From contig CAOJUX010000005.1 of the NCBI GenBank assembly GCA_948444795.1, positions 338-32,337 on the forward strand: a stretch of DNA of 32,000 nucleotides, in the 5' to 3' direction. Below, one piece after another: positions 9,836 to 18,026 of this stretch. The position numbers were made by a program, and so were the translations under genes. Each line of letters starts with the position of its first letter. The stretch's first letter is position 1. Origin of the DNA: an uncultured Erysipelotrichaceae bacterium (GTDB taxonomy: Bacteria; Bacillota_I; Bacilli_A; RF39; UBA660). The notes beneath the pieces are model-generated. The model saw only the letters and a list, made by a program, of their open reading frames with translations. It did no database searches and was not told where the DNA came from.

Positions 9836-10375
9836 TTATTTTTTATATAAGAAACAGTCAAATTCGTGAGAATAGATTACACCAATAGCTTGCAAGTAAG
9901 AATAAATTATTGTACTCCCTACAAACTTCATGCCACGTCTTTGCAAATCTTTAGAAATTTCATCAGACAAAGTATTTGTAGTTTTACCTACTTCTATATA
10001 AACTTTATCTTTTGTAAATACTTTTAAATAATTATAAAAATTTCCATATTCTAAAATAATACTTTTAAATATTTTAGCATTATTAATACTTGCTTTTATC
10101 TTTAATTTATTACGAATTATCTTCTCATCTTTAATCAGTCTATTTATCTTTTCATCATCATATAAACATACTTTATCTATTTCAAAATAATCATAAGCTA
10201 TTCTAAAATCATCTCTTTTATTAAGTACACACTCCCATGATAAACCAGCTTGAAATGACTCTAAAATAAGCATTTCAAATAAATATTTATCATCTTTCCT
10301 TAGAACTCCCCACTCCTTATCATGATAATAAATATATTTCTTATTTTTTAAATTACACCAACTACATCTTTTCAT
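9836..10375 (-). CDS. tag: DNA-3-methyladenine glycosylase I
   Basis: CSWC...YHDKEWGV...LILESFQAGLSW are Tag signatures. Confidence 0.9.
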   Translation of the reverse strand: MKRCSWCNLKNKKYIYYHDKEWGVLRKDDKYLFEMLILESFQAGLSWECVLNKRDDFRIAYDYFEIDKVCLYDDEKINRLIKDEKIIRNKLKIKASINNAKIFKSIILEYGNFYNYLKVFTKDKVYIEVGKTTNTLSDEISKDLQRRGMKFVGSTIIYSYLQAIGVIYSHEFDCFLYKK

Positions 10376-10382
10376 ATTATGG

Positions 10383-10673
10383 CTAACTCTTCAAATCTTT
10401 ATAAGAGTCTAAAACTATATCTCTTATTAATTCTTTATCATCAGTATCTACAAAATACATTGGTTTAGCCCCTTTATAAGGTATTATTTTTTCCAAATTA
10501 TATTTCTTATTACCTTCTACAATCTTAACTAGTATTCTATTATCATAAATACCTCCAAATAAAACATTATTATAATATAATAAATATTCGCCCATCATAG
10601 ACCTACAAGTAATATTATCAAGTAAATTAAGTTGTTCTAAAACAAAATTTTTATAATCTTTCGTTGTTGCCAC
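10383..10673 (-). CDS. TfoX N-terminal-domain protein
   Basis: FVLEQL...CRSMMGEYLLYYNNVLFGGIYDNRILVK resembles the TfoX_N fold family. GTG start. Confidence 0.65.
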   Translation of the reverse strand: MATTKDYKNFVLEQLNLLDNITCRSMMGEYLLYYNNVLFGGIYDNRILVKIVEGNKKYNLEKIIPYKGAKPMYFVDTDDKELIRDIVLDSYKDLKS

Positions 10674-10682
10674 ATTAACACC

Positions 10683-10883
10683 TTATTTTTTCTTTTTCCC
10701 AAAAAACTTTAATATACCTATAAGAGCTAAAATAATACATAAACCTAAATTTAAAATTTTAAACTTAGATCCCCAATAATAAGATATAAAAAATCCTATT
10801 GCACATATAAAACATAATGCTCCTATAACTCTATCTCTTTTCATCAAACAACACCTACAATCTATAAACCAATTATAACACAT
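10683..10883 (-). CDS. Small membrane protein
   Basis: 66 aa with two hydrophobic helices. It abuts the glycerophosphodiesterase gene stop. Confidence 0.4.
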   Translation of the reverse strand: MCYNWFIDCRCCLMKRDRVIGALCFICAIGFFISYYWGSKFKILNLGLCIILALIGILKFFGKKKK

Positions 10884-12709
10884 TAACCAAAAATATTCTC
10901 TATATATTTAACATATTCATTAATGATATTACTAGTTTTATTAGAAAAGATAATTTCTTTAGTCATCAAAACATCATCAGTAATAATATTATCTACTTTC
11001 AAATCAATCATTTTCTGAACATTGCTTGAATTATTAACAGTCCAAGCATAAATTTCCTTTCCTTGATTATGGACTTCTTTTACAAGAGATGATGTAATAC
11101 TTGCCTCTTCAATACTAAAACTATCTGCCTTATCAAAAATGCTAAGATCACCATAAACAAAACTCATAACATACCCTGTTGTTATTTCATCATCATATGC
11201 TTTAATTTTTTCTAAAACTTCATAATTTTGTGATGTTAGCACACATTCCTTTTGAAAACCAAATTTATTAACTATATCTATTACATTTTCAACTAATTTT
11301 TTTTCATAACCAGTAGGTTTTATTTCTATATTAAGATTAATATTATTATTTTTAGCCCACAAAACCACATCTTCAAATAAAGGTATTCTCTCATCTTTAA
11401 AAGATTCATTCATGAAACTTCCTGCATCAAAATTTTTTACCTCATCATATGATGTCTCCCAAGTATGTTTATTTATTCCTGTTGTTCTTTTAAAATTTTT
11501 ATCATGTATTACAATTATTTTACCATCTATAGTTTCCTGAACATCAATTTCAATAAAATCTGCCCCATAATTTTTAGCACTTACAAAAGCTGAAAAAGTA
11601 TTTTCTGGACAGTCTAAAGAAGCACCTCTATGAGCAGTAACTAAAATATTATTAGCATATTCAATATTAATATTATAGTTACCTTTATAAATATTATAAG
11701 TAAAAATAGAGCCAAAAATTAAAGCTAAAAAATAAATAAAAATTATCACTTTTCGAATTTTTCTATCTAAATTTTCATTTTCTTTATTATATTTAATTTT
11801 TAAAGAGGGTATCTTTACACCTAATTCTTCTTTCCTAATATAATATAAAATACTTATACAGGCATAACTTAAAGGTGTAGATAAAAGAGTTACAACAATA
11901 AAAGAAATAACAATAAATAACCAAATCGAAGTTGCTGTTATACTTTTAATAATTACGATACTATACTTAATTTTATTTAATGAAGTAATTATTAATATAC
12001 CTAAAGCAATTACTATTATATATAAAAAATATAAAGTTAATTGTACTAATAAAATAGATATAAGATCTTTAAAACAATTTTTAGAAGAAAGAAGAGAACT
12101 TGTCTTCCTTGCTTCTTTAAATGAAACATCCTCAAGGACCATAGAGTGTACTGAATAAATCCATCTATGTAAAATACTAATTAAAAATATAATAATAACA
12201 CTAAATAATATTAATAATAATCTATTATTTAAAACAAAATCTAAGATAAATTCTGGTATTTTAATTGTAGATATAAAACTAGAAGAAATACCAATATTTA
12301 AAAAAGGTATTAAAAAAAGAACTAAAAAAGATAAAGGAATATTCTTAATAGAAAATAATTTTTTACATTTATTCAAAGAAACTCTAATCGCTTGTATTAC
12401 TTTAATTTTAGTTTTTTTATAAGACTGATTTAATATAACAATTATTGTAATTATATCAAACATTGCATAAACCATCATTAAAAGAATTAAAATTAAAAGC
12501 ATTAAAATAGTAATTGGATTTTTTAAAAAAGAAAATATATTTTCAAGGGTTAAATAATTATATCCAGTTATTTTCATAATTAAATTAAATATATTTAAAA
12601 ATATTGGTACAAAAATCAAAAAACTAAGTAACTTAAAAATCAATTCAAAAAGTACTAATGATTTTAAATTATATTTTATTAAATTAATAACCAGTTTTAA
12701 TTTTTTCAT
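10883..12709 (-). CDS. Membrane-bound glycerophosphodiester phosphodiesterase
   Basis: The N-terminal ~330 aa are polytopic (GPDPase membrane domain-like). The C-terminus carries HRGAS..PENTFSAF..GADFIEIDVQETIDGKIIVIHD, the GDPD catalytic motifs. Confidence 0.85.
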   Translation of the reverse strand: MKKLKLVINLIKYNLKSLVLFELIFKLLSFLIFVPIFLNIFNLIMKITGYNYLTLENIFSFLKNPITILMLLILILLMMVYAMFDIITIIVILNQSYKKTKIKVIQAIRVSLNKCKKLFSIKNIPLSFLVLFLIPFLNIGISSSFISTIKIPEFILDFVLNNRLLLILFSVIIIFLISILHRWIYSVHSMVLEDVSFKEARKTSSLLSSKNCFKDLISILLVQLTLYFLYIIVIALGILIITSLNKIKYSIVIIKSITATSIWLFIVISFIVVTLLSTPLSYACISILYYIRKEELGVKIPSLKIKYNKENENLDRKIRKVIIFIYFLALIFGSIFTYNIYKGNYNINIEYANNILVTAHRGASLDCPENTFSAFVSAKNYGADFIEIDVQETIDGKIIVIHDKNFKRTTGINKHTWETSYDEVKNFDAGSFMNESFKDERIPLFEDVVLWAKNNNINLNIEIKPTGYEKKLVENVIDIVNKFGFQKECVLTSQNYEVLEKIKAYDDEITTGYVMSFVYGDLSIFDKADSFSIEEASITSSLVKEVHNQGKEIYAWTVNNSSNVQKMIDLKVDNIITDDVLMTKEIIFSNKTSNIINEYVKYIENIFG

Positions 12710-12784
12710 ATAAGCCTCACTATATTAGTATAACATACAATTAAATTATCATAGTATAATTATTGCCATTGCAAAACCTATAAT

Positions 12785-13075
12785 TCACTTTTTTGTATTT
12801 ATTTTTCTTATTTTTATAACAAAGATTTTTTTAAATTTATAAATGCAAGCAAAAAATAAACTTAAACTTATAATAAACATCAAAAAGCTAATAATCTTTT
12901 GTCTTTTCCATAAAGACACACTAACCAAAAACATAAAAACTAATATAATGCCAAAAAATAAAACAATTAAAAATATTAAAGGATATCTTATTATTTTAGG
13001 AATTTTTTTATTTTTACTAATTTCTAAACTACCTTCTAATATTAGTTCTAAAAATAATTCAATTATAAAATCCAT
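12785..13075 (-). CDS. Small membrane protein
   Basis: 96 aa with two or three hydrophobic segments. An antisense ORF on the plus strand is less plausible. Confidence 0.4.
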   Translation of the reverse strand: MDFIIELFLELILEGSLEISKNKKIPKIIRYPLIFLIVLFFGIILVFMFLVSVSLWKRQKIISFLMFIISLSLFFACIYKFKKIFVIKIRKINTKK

Positions 13076-13137
13076 GTTTACCTCTCCATTTATTTATAAT
13101 ATGATTATATCATGTTTAAAAATATAGTAATTGTTAT

Positions 13138-14301
13138 TTATTTTTTCCTACTATTTAAGAGTTCTTTATCCACATAAATAACTCTTCCTCCTTTAGGATT
13201 TATTCTTTCATTACCAAATACTATCCATATTATATGCATTTCTAAATCTGGCATATCAGCATCTCCATCCGTAAATATAATTTTATTAAGAACATTGGCC
13301 GAAAAAGCTCTAACTGCCACATTAAAATCAGTACCACCACCACCGCGAAATTCCATATTTCCAATGTCTTCTTCATTATTTATATTATGAAATCCATAAA
13401 ACTTCGTATCAAAGCATCCAACTTTTAGTTTTGAACTTCCTAAAATGTTTTTACATTCAATTAAAAAATTTCTCAAAAGATCTTCGTTAATTGACCCACT
13501 CGTATCTAATACTATTTCGGTTTCTGAAAAAGGTTGTGCCTCTAAGGAGGGGGTTACAACTCCATCTTCTATATAAGCATTTTCAAACGACCAATCATAA
13601 TCATATTTAATATTTTCTTGTAAAATTCTATTCCAATTTAATAACGCTGAAGCAGTGCCAATACTCTTAACAATTCTTTTATCACTATCTACATCCTGTC
13701 CTAGTGATTTACTAGTAAGATTATTTTGAAAATCATTTAACTGTTGCTTATATATTTGTTTATTCAACTTAAAAACTTCTTTTTCACTTATCCCTTTTTC
13801 ATTCATAGTATCATTAGCTGATTTTTCAATTATATTTTTTGTGACTTCTTTCCATAAAGAATGATTATCAACTTCCCCATATTTTTCTTTAAATTCTTTC
13901 TCCCCAATCTTTTGTTTTTCCTCTAAAAGCATATCATAAAGCTCTTCCGCATCATAATTAATGGCTAAAGGTATATCAACAACACCCTTTATTATTGTAA
14001 GCCCATCATTTTTTAAATTAGCATTTATTACTCCATCAGTTGCTATATTCCAAACTTCCACATCTCGATCATTTTTTCTATTTAAATGATTAAAGGCAAC
14101 ATGACTAACCTCATAAGCAACTAAAAAAACTTGTTCGCTAGAAGTAAGGGCTCCTAAAAAATCCGGATTATAAAAAACATGTTTACCATCAGTTGCAGCG
14201 GTTTTATAAGAACAATCAGAAATAAATTCTAAATTAGCAATTATACTTCCAAAGAGAGGATATTTTATCATAACCCTTCTTATAATCAAATCTATTTGCA
14301 C
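13138..14301 (-). CDS. VWA-domain protein with an N-terminal metallopeptidase-like domain (DUF2201-type partner of MoxR-like ATPases)
   Basis: N-terminal PLFGSI...TDGKHVFYNPDF...YEVSHVAFNH is a peptidase-like motif with Tyr in place of the first His. The C-terminus carries VLDTSGSI, a MIDAS DxSxS motif. Confidence 0.8.
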   Translation of the reverse strand: MQIDLIIRRVMIKYPLFGSIIANLEFISDCSYKTAATDGKHVFYNPDFLGALTSSEQVFLVAYEVSHVAFNHLNRKNDRDVEVWNIATDGVINANLKNDGLTIIKGVVDIPLAINYDAEELYDMLLEEKQKIGEKEFKEKYGEVDNHSLWKEVTKNIIEKSANDTMNEKGISEKEVFKLNKQIYKQQLNDFQNNLTSKSLGQDVDSDKRIVKSIGTASALLNWNRILQENIKYDYDWSFENAYIEDGVVTPSLEAQPFSETEIVLDTSGSINEDLLRNFLIECKNILGSSKLKVGCFDTKFYGFHNINNEEDIGNMEFRGGGGTDFNVAVRAFSANVLNKIIFTDGDADMPDLEMHIIWIVFGNERINPKGGRVIYVDKELLNSRKK

Positions 14302-14310
14302 GCCAAACCT

Positions 14311-14712
14311 CTATATATGTACTAATAAAGAATAAACTTCTTCATTAATCTTATTTTTTTCTAAATCTTTACAAGTAACAATTATCAAACAATTATCTGG
14401 TATATCAAAAGTACTAATTTTTTTATATTTTAATATTTCAATAAATTTTTTTTGTTCTAAAAGAGGAATTTCATTAATATTTTCAATTATTAAAATAGCT
14501 TTATCTTTTATACTTTTTGAAATTAATTCTCTATACCATAAAGGAGGCCAAAAATTGGTATCTTCATAATGTCCATTTAATAATTCTCTTGGTATATCTG
14601 CTTTTAAAACAACAGCATTTTTAAAAGAACTAGTTACTATATTATCTACTAACAATGGTGAAATATTTGCTTTAAAATAATTATCAAACATTTTTAATCT
14701 TTTACTATTCAT
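14311..14712 (-). CDS. Hypothetical protein between the ATPase and VWA genes
   Basis: Its ATG overlaps the ATPase stop (TAATG at 14714-10) and it ends 9 nt before the VWA gene, so translational coupling in an operon is likely. Confidence 0.55.
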   Translation of the reverse strand: MNSKRLKMFDNYFKANISPLLVDNIVTSSFKNAVVLKADIPRELLNGHYEDTNFWPPLWYRELISKSIKDKAILIIENINEIPLLEQKKFIEILKYKKISTFDIPDNCLIIVTCKDLEKNKINEEVYSLLVHI

Positions 14713-16286
14713 TATCTTGACTCCCCTCTCTTCATTTCTTCTTCCATTTCTATCTCAACTAAATACTCTAATCTTTCCTTATCACCATGTGCCCACATCG
14801 ATTCAAACGCTGCCCTTGATTCTGATCCAACCAATTTCATAAAATCTCTTACTAATCTAAAGTTTTCAAAATCAACTGAAGATAATCCTGCTGCAGTTAC
14901 AAACTTTTGAGCGGAGTTCATATTTAAATCTGTTTCAGTATAATTATGATTTATAACATCATCAACTGTTATTACTCCATACCTTACAAATTCTTTAAAA
15001 TCTACTGTTAACTCTTCTCCAACAAGAGCTCTAAGCATATCAGGTCTTCTTGTCTTATAAAGTACTTTAGAAGCCATTTCCCATTTTCTAGGATCAGCAT
15101 TAGGTTTATTACCTGTATATTTTGTTCTTAAAACATCAATGCCAGAAAAATACTTATAAGAAATATAAGCATATATTGCAGGATGAATTTTAAACTCAGT
15201 TCCATCATCTTCATAATCTAATCTCTCATAATTCTCTTTTGGTGTTACTGCCCATTTAAGCCAGCTACTTACTGTCGTTTCAATATAAACATGAGCAAAT
15301 CTATTATAAAGTGGTTCAGAAAGTTTATTAGCAGACATAGAATCAGAAAGTTCATTTCCTGCGGCAACAATTCTCGCATTACTAGGTAATTTCCATTTCC
15401 CATCAATCTCTTTATCTAAAACAATATTAAAAGCCTGTCCCTGAACCGAAGGAAGTGCATTTGTAAGCTCATCAAAGAAAATAATATGAATCTTATCAGG
15501 CTCAGCTTCACATCTTTTAAGTACTTTTTGATACCAAGTTGGAGGAATATCAATCATCTCTTTAGTTTCTGAATTATATACACTTTTACCATTTAAACTA
15601 GAAGGAGTAGCATTTGCCATATAAATTATTTCACAATCTGGATCAAGTTCTTTAACTCTTGCTGATTTACCATCACTAGATTTACCATGCAAAAAAACAG
15701 GAATATTACTCTCAATAGCTCCTTTTATAATATCTTCTTCACTTACATTATCAAAATTAAAATCATATACATTTTTACTATTTATAGTACTATTTATAGT
15801 ATTATCTATTGTTATCTCACTTGGAATTATAGCTTTTGCTAGATACTTATCCATAAACTTTTTTATATTAGTATTATCAAAATCGCAGGTATAATCTACT
15901 TCATTAAATTGAACACCTGAAAAAATTATTTTCTTAGCTAAAACTATTTTTTTAACACTATCAACTATCCAAGTTATTGGTTCAACCAAGACAAAATAAG
16001 GTCTTCCCTCTTCTATCCTTTGACCATTTGACAAAGTTTCTCCCGCACTATTAGTATCTGCTACTATTCGAATATATTTATTACCATTATATTCATATTC
16101 TGAAAAAAATCTTTCTTTAAAAGATTCATTTGTATTACTGGTAGAAACTGAATCAGCTGGATACTCTTTACCAGTTTTATTTAAATTGCCAATCACATAT
16201 AAATTTTCTAGAATATTTTCTAGTTCTACAGAAGCAACAGTTTGTGGAAACTCTCCATAATCCTCTTCAAAAACTCCCCCTCTCAC
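14712..16286 (-). CDS. MoxR/AAA_5-like AAA+ ATPase; C-terminal 524 codons of the DGR target frame
   Basis: Walker A is LHGKSSDGKSA, Walker B is IIFFDELTNA, sensor is AAGNE, plus LYNRF. It is in the same frame as ORF 16383..16616 and is separated from it by only one TAG. Confidence 0.8.
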   Translation of the reverse strand: MRGGVFEEDYGEFPQTVASVELENILENLYVIGNLNKTGKEYPADSVSTSNTNESFKERFFSEYEYNGNKYIRIVADTNSAGETLSNGQRIEEGRPYFVLVEPITWIVDSVKKIVLAKKIIFSGVQFNEVDYTCDFDNTNIKKFMDKYLAKAIIPSEITIDNTINSTINSKNVYDFNFDNVSEEDIIKGAIESNIPVFLHGKSSDGKSARVKELDPDCEIIYMANATPSSLNGKSVYNSETKEMIDIPPTWYQKVLKRCEAEPDKIHIIFFDELTNALPSVQGQAFNIVLDKEIDGKWKLPSNARIVAAGNELSDSMSANKLSEPLYNRFAHVYIETTVSSWLKWAVTPKENYERLDYEDDGTEFKIHPAIYAYISYKYFSGIDVLRTKYTGNKPNADPRKWEMASKVLYKTRRPDMLRALVGEELTVDFKEFVRYGVITVDDVINHNYTETDLNMNSAQKFVTAAGLSSVDFENFRLVRDFMKLVGSESRAAFESMWAHGDKERLEYLVEIEMEEEMKRGESR

Positions 16287-16327
16287 TCCGTTCGAGGAGA
16301 TACTTTGGATTAAAGAGTACGGTAAAG

Positions 16328-16405
16328 CTGGGCGGGAACCAACATCACAATTAGTAACATCGCCCCAGTCATCATTACCACTCTAACTAACAGCGCGGGC
16401 ACAAT
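16328..16405 (-). repeat. DGR variable repeat (VR)
   Basis: It is 69/78 identical to 17896-17973. The nine differences are at 16349, 16350, 16361, 16363, 16364, 16370, 16373, 16381 and 16387. Eight of them are opposite TR adenines in the minus sense. Confidence 0.9.
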
Positions 16406-16616
16406 TTGAATTATAAGGTGTTTTTGTCCACCAATAACCAGTTCTATTTTTTAATTCATTATCATTATTTACATGAAAACTATCAGATACATAACCACCT
16501 AACAAAATTAAAAAATCAGTTATAGCAGCTTTTGTTCCATATATATTCATTATTTCTGATTTATTATCACCAAAAATTTGGTTAACATCTAAAAAAGTAA
16601 AGTTCATATCCATCAC
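16383..16616 (-). CDS. N-terminal part of the DGR target: ligand-binding-like variable domain, terminated by an in-frame TAG inside the VR
   Basis: FTFLDVNQIF...TKAAITDFLILLGGYV...GYWWTKTPYNSNCARAVS*, continued after the TAG by SGNDDWGDVTNCDVGSRPAL. This resembles the FLLS..E / YWLRSP / GVRPAL lectin-like domains known as DGR targets. The best RBS (AGGTGA) favours the ATG at 16607. Confidence 0.7.
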   Translation of the reverse strand: MMDMNFTFLDVNQIFGDNKSEIMNIYGTKAAITDFLILLGGYVSDSFHVNNDNELKNRTGYWWTKTPYNSNCARAVS

Positions 16617-16650
16617 CTAACTATAGAATAGCATACTTTGCCATTTTTTA

Positions 16651-17664
16651 TCAATCATCTTTCAAAGAAATTGTAAAGTTTTTAAAATTTTTCTTTTCAT
16701 TAGTATTTTTAACATGATTATAAAATGAATTTAATCTTTGCTTTACATAATCTTCATCTACTATACCTTTGATGTACAACTTATTTACGGTTTTTAAATG
16801 TTTTTTTATTCTTTGTTTTGACGAAGAACGGAGTTTAACAACTATTTTTCCTTTAGGTGTTAATATATGCCTAAAACCTAAAAAATCTACACCATTACTT
16901 AGCCTTCCAATTTGAGTTTTCTTATTTAATTCAAGTTTTAATAATTTTAAACACATTTCTTCGATTACATTCTTACAATAAACTAGATACTTTTTATCTC
17001 TAGATATCAAAATAAAATCATCCATATATCTCACATAATATTTAATATTCAATTTTTCTTTAATAAAATGATCAACTTTATTTAAATAAAATAAAGCAAA
17101 CCATTGGTTAGATTGACTTCCTAAAGGAAGACCTTCATTTTTATTATTTATTAATATTTTTATTAACCATTTTTCATCTTCCGTAAAATCTATATCATTT
17201 AAAAGTTTTAATAAAATATCATGATCTATACTTGCAAAATATTTTCTTATGTCGCATTTTAAAAAATATATATAATTATTATTATATTTAAAGAATTCTT
17301 TTTTCATAAATTTATGTAATCTTTCAATAGCAAAATGCGTTCCTTTTTCTATCCGACAAGCACAATTATCAAATATTAATTTTTTTTCTATTTTTGGTTT
17401 TAAAACAATATCACAAAAGCATCTAATTACTACTCTATCTTTAAAAGGATAAGCTTCTATTAACCTTTGTTTAGGTTCATATATAAAAAATTTTTTATAA
17501 TTTCCTAGTTTATATTTTTTAGTAACAAGTGCCTTATTTAAAGAGTATAAATTAACTGCCAAATTAACCTCAAATCTAATAACTTCTCCTTTATGTTGTT
17601 TTGAATTTCGACATTTTTTATATGCTAAATAAAGATGATCAAAACTAAAAATTTCTTCTAACAT
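16651..17664 (-). CDS. DGR-type reverse transcriptase
   Basis: CDIRKYFASIDHDIL (RT motif 3/A), GLPLGSQSNQWFALFYL (DGR-like [I/L]GxxxSQ-type motif 4) and YVRYMDDFILIS (YxDD). It is 337 aa with no maturase or endonuclease domain and lies adjacent to the TR. Confidence 0.92.
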   Translation of the reverse strand: MLEEIFSFDHLYLAYKKCRNSKQHKGEVIRFEVNLAVNLYSLNKALVTKKYKLGNYKKFFIYEPKQRLIEAYPFKDRVVIRCFCDIVLKPKIEKKLIFDNCACRIEKGTHFAIERLHKFMKKEFFKYNNNYIYFLKCDIRKYFASIDHDILLKLLNDIDFTEDEKWLIKILINNKNEGLPLGSQSNQWFALFYLNKVDHFIKEKLNIKYYVRYMDDFILISRDKKYLVYCKNVIEEMCLKLLKLELNKKTQIGRLSNGVDFLGFRHILTPKGKIVVKLRSSSKQRIKKHLKTVNKLYIKGIVDEDYVKQRLNSFYNHVKNTNEKKNFKNFTISLKDD

Positions 17665-17895
17665 TATAATTTACCTCCAAATAAAATAAACACCCCTTTA
17701 AACATCCAAAAAGTTTTAATAAACTTGTTGTTTGTGTGAGTGTTTTTATATATTCTTCTATCGCATTTTAAATATTTATTTTAGCGATTAGAAAAGAAGA
17801 AAATTCCTTCACCTTACAATACTGATATATTTATCTTAAAATATATTTCTCTGATTTGTTTTCTGAATTTTTATATAATTCCTTCAAAAGTGAAT
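17665..17895 (-). ncRNA. TR-to-RT spacer, expected to be part of the DGR template RNA
   Basis: A 231-nt non-coding gap lies between the TR 3' end and the RT start. In characterised DGRs the spacer RNA is needed for priming. The role here is inferred. Confidence 0.4.
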
Positions 17896-17973
17896 CTGGG
17901 CGGGAACCAACATCACGTTTAGTAACATTGTTCCAGTTATTATTACCATTCTAATTAACAGCGCGGGCACAAT
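17896..17973 (-). repeat. DGR template repeat (TR)
   Basis: Minus sense reads attgtgcccgcgctgttaattagaatggtaataataactggaacaatgttactaaacgtgatgttggttcccgcccag. It has 22 adenines and six in-frame AAY codons, and lies between the Avd-like ORF and the RT. Confidence 0.9.
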
Positions 17974-18026
17974 AGAGGCCAAAATATAAATTTTCTTCTT
18001 AATTAAAGGCCTTTGGACCAATAATC

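Noticed and set aside
16383-16385. Genome-wide reassignment of TAG to a sense codon as the explanation for the in-frame TAG in the VR.
   Set aside because: TAG clearly functions as a stop at tightly packed gene junctions in this window. At 22097-22099 it is followed 1 nt later by the next gene's ATG. At 28723-28725 it is followed by the 2H gene ATG. It also ends the genes at 20827 and 18027. TGA also terminates the RT. A locus-specific read-through cannot be excluded.
16651-17664. The RT as a retron or group II intron reverse transcriptase.
   Set aside because: There is no maturase (X) or endonuclease domain and no intron domain V/VI-like RNA. I could see no msr/msd-like inverted repeats. 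Instead there is a TR/VR pair with adenine-specific mismatches and a DGR-like motif 4.
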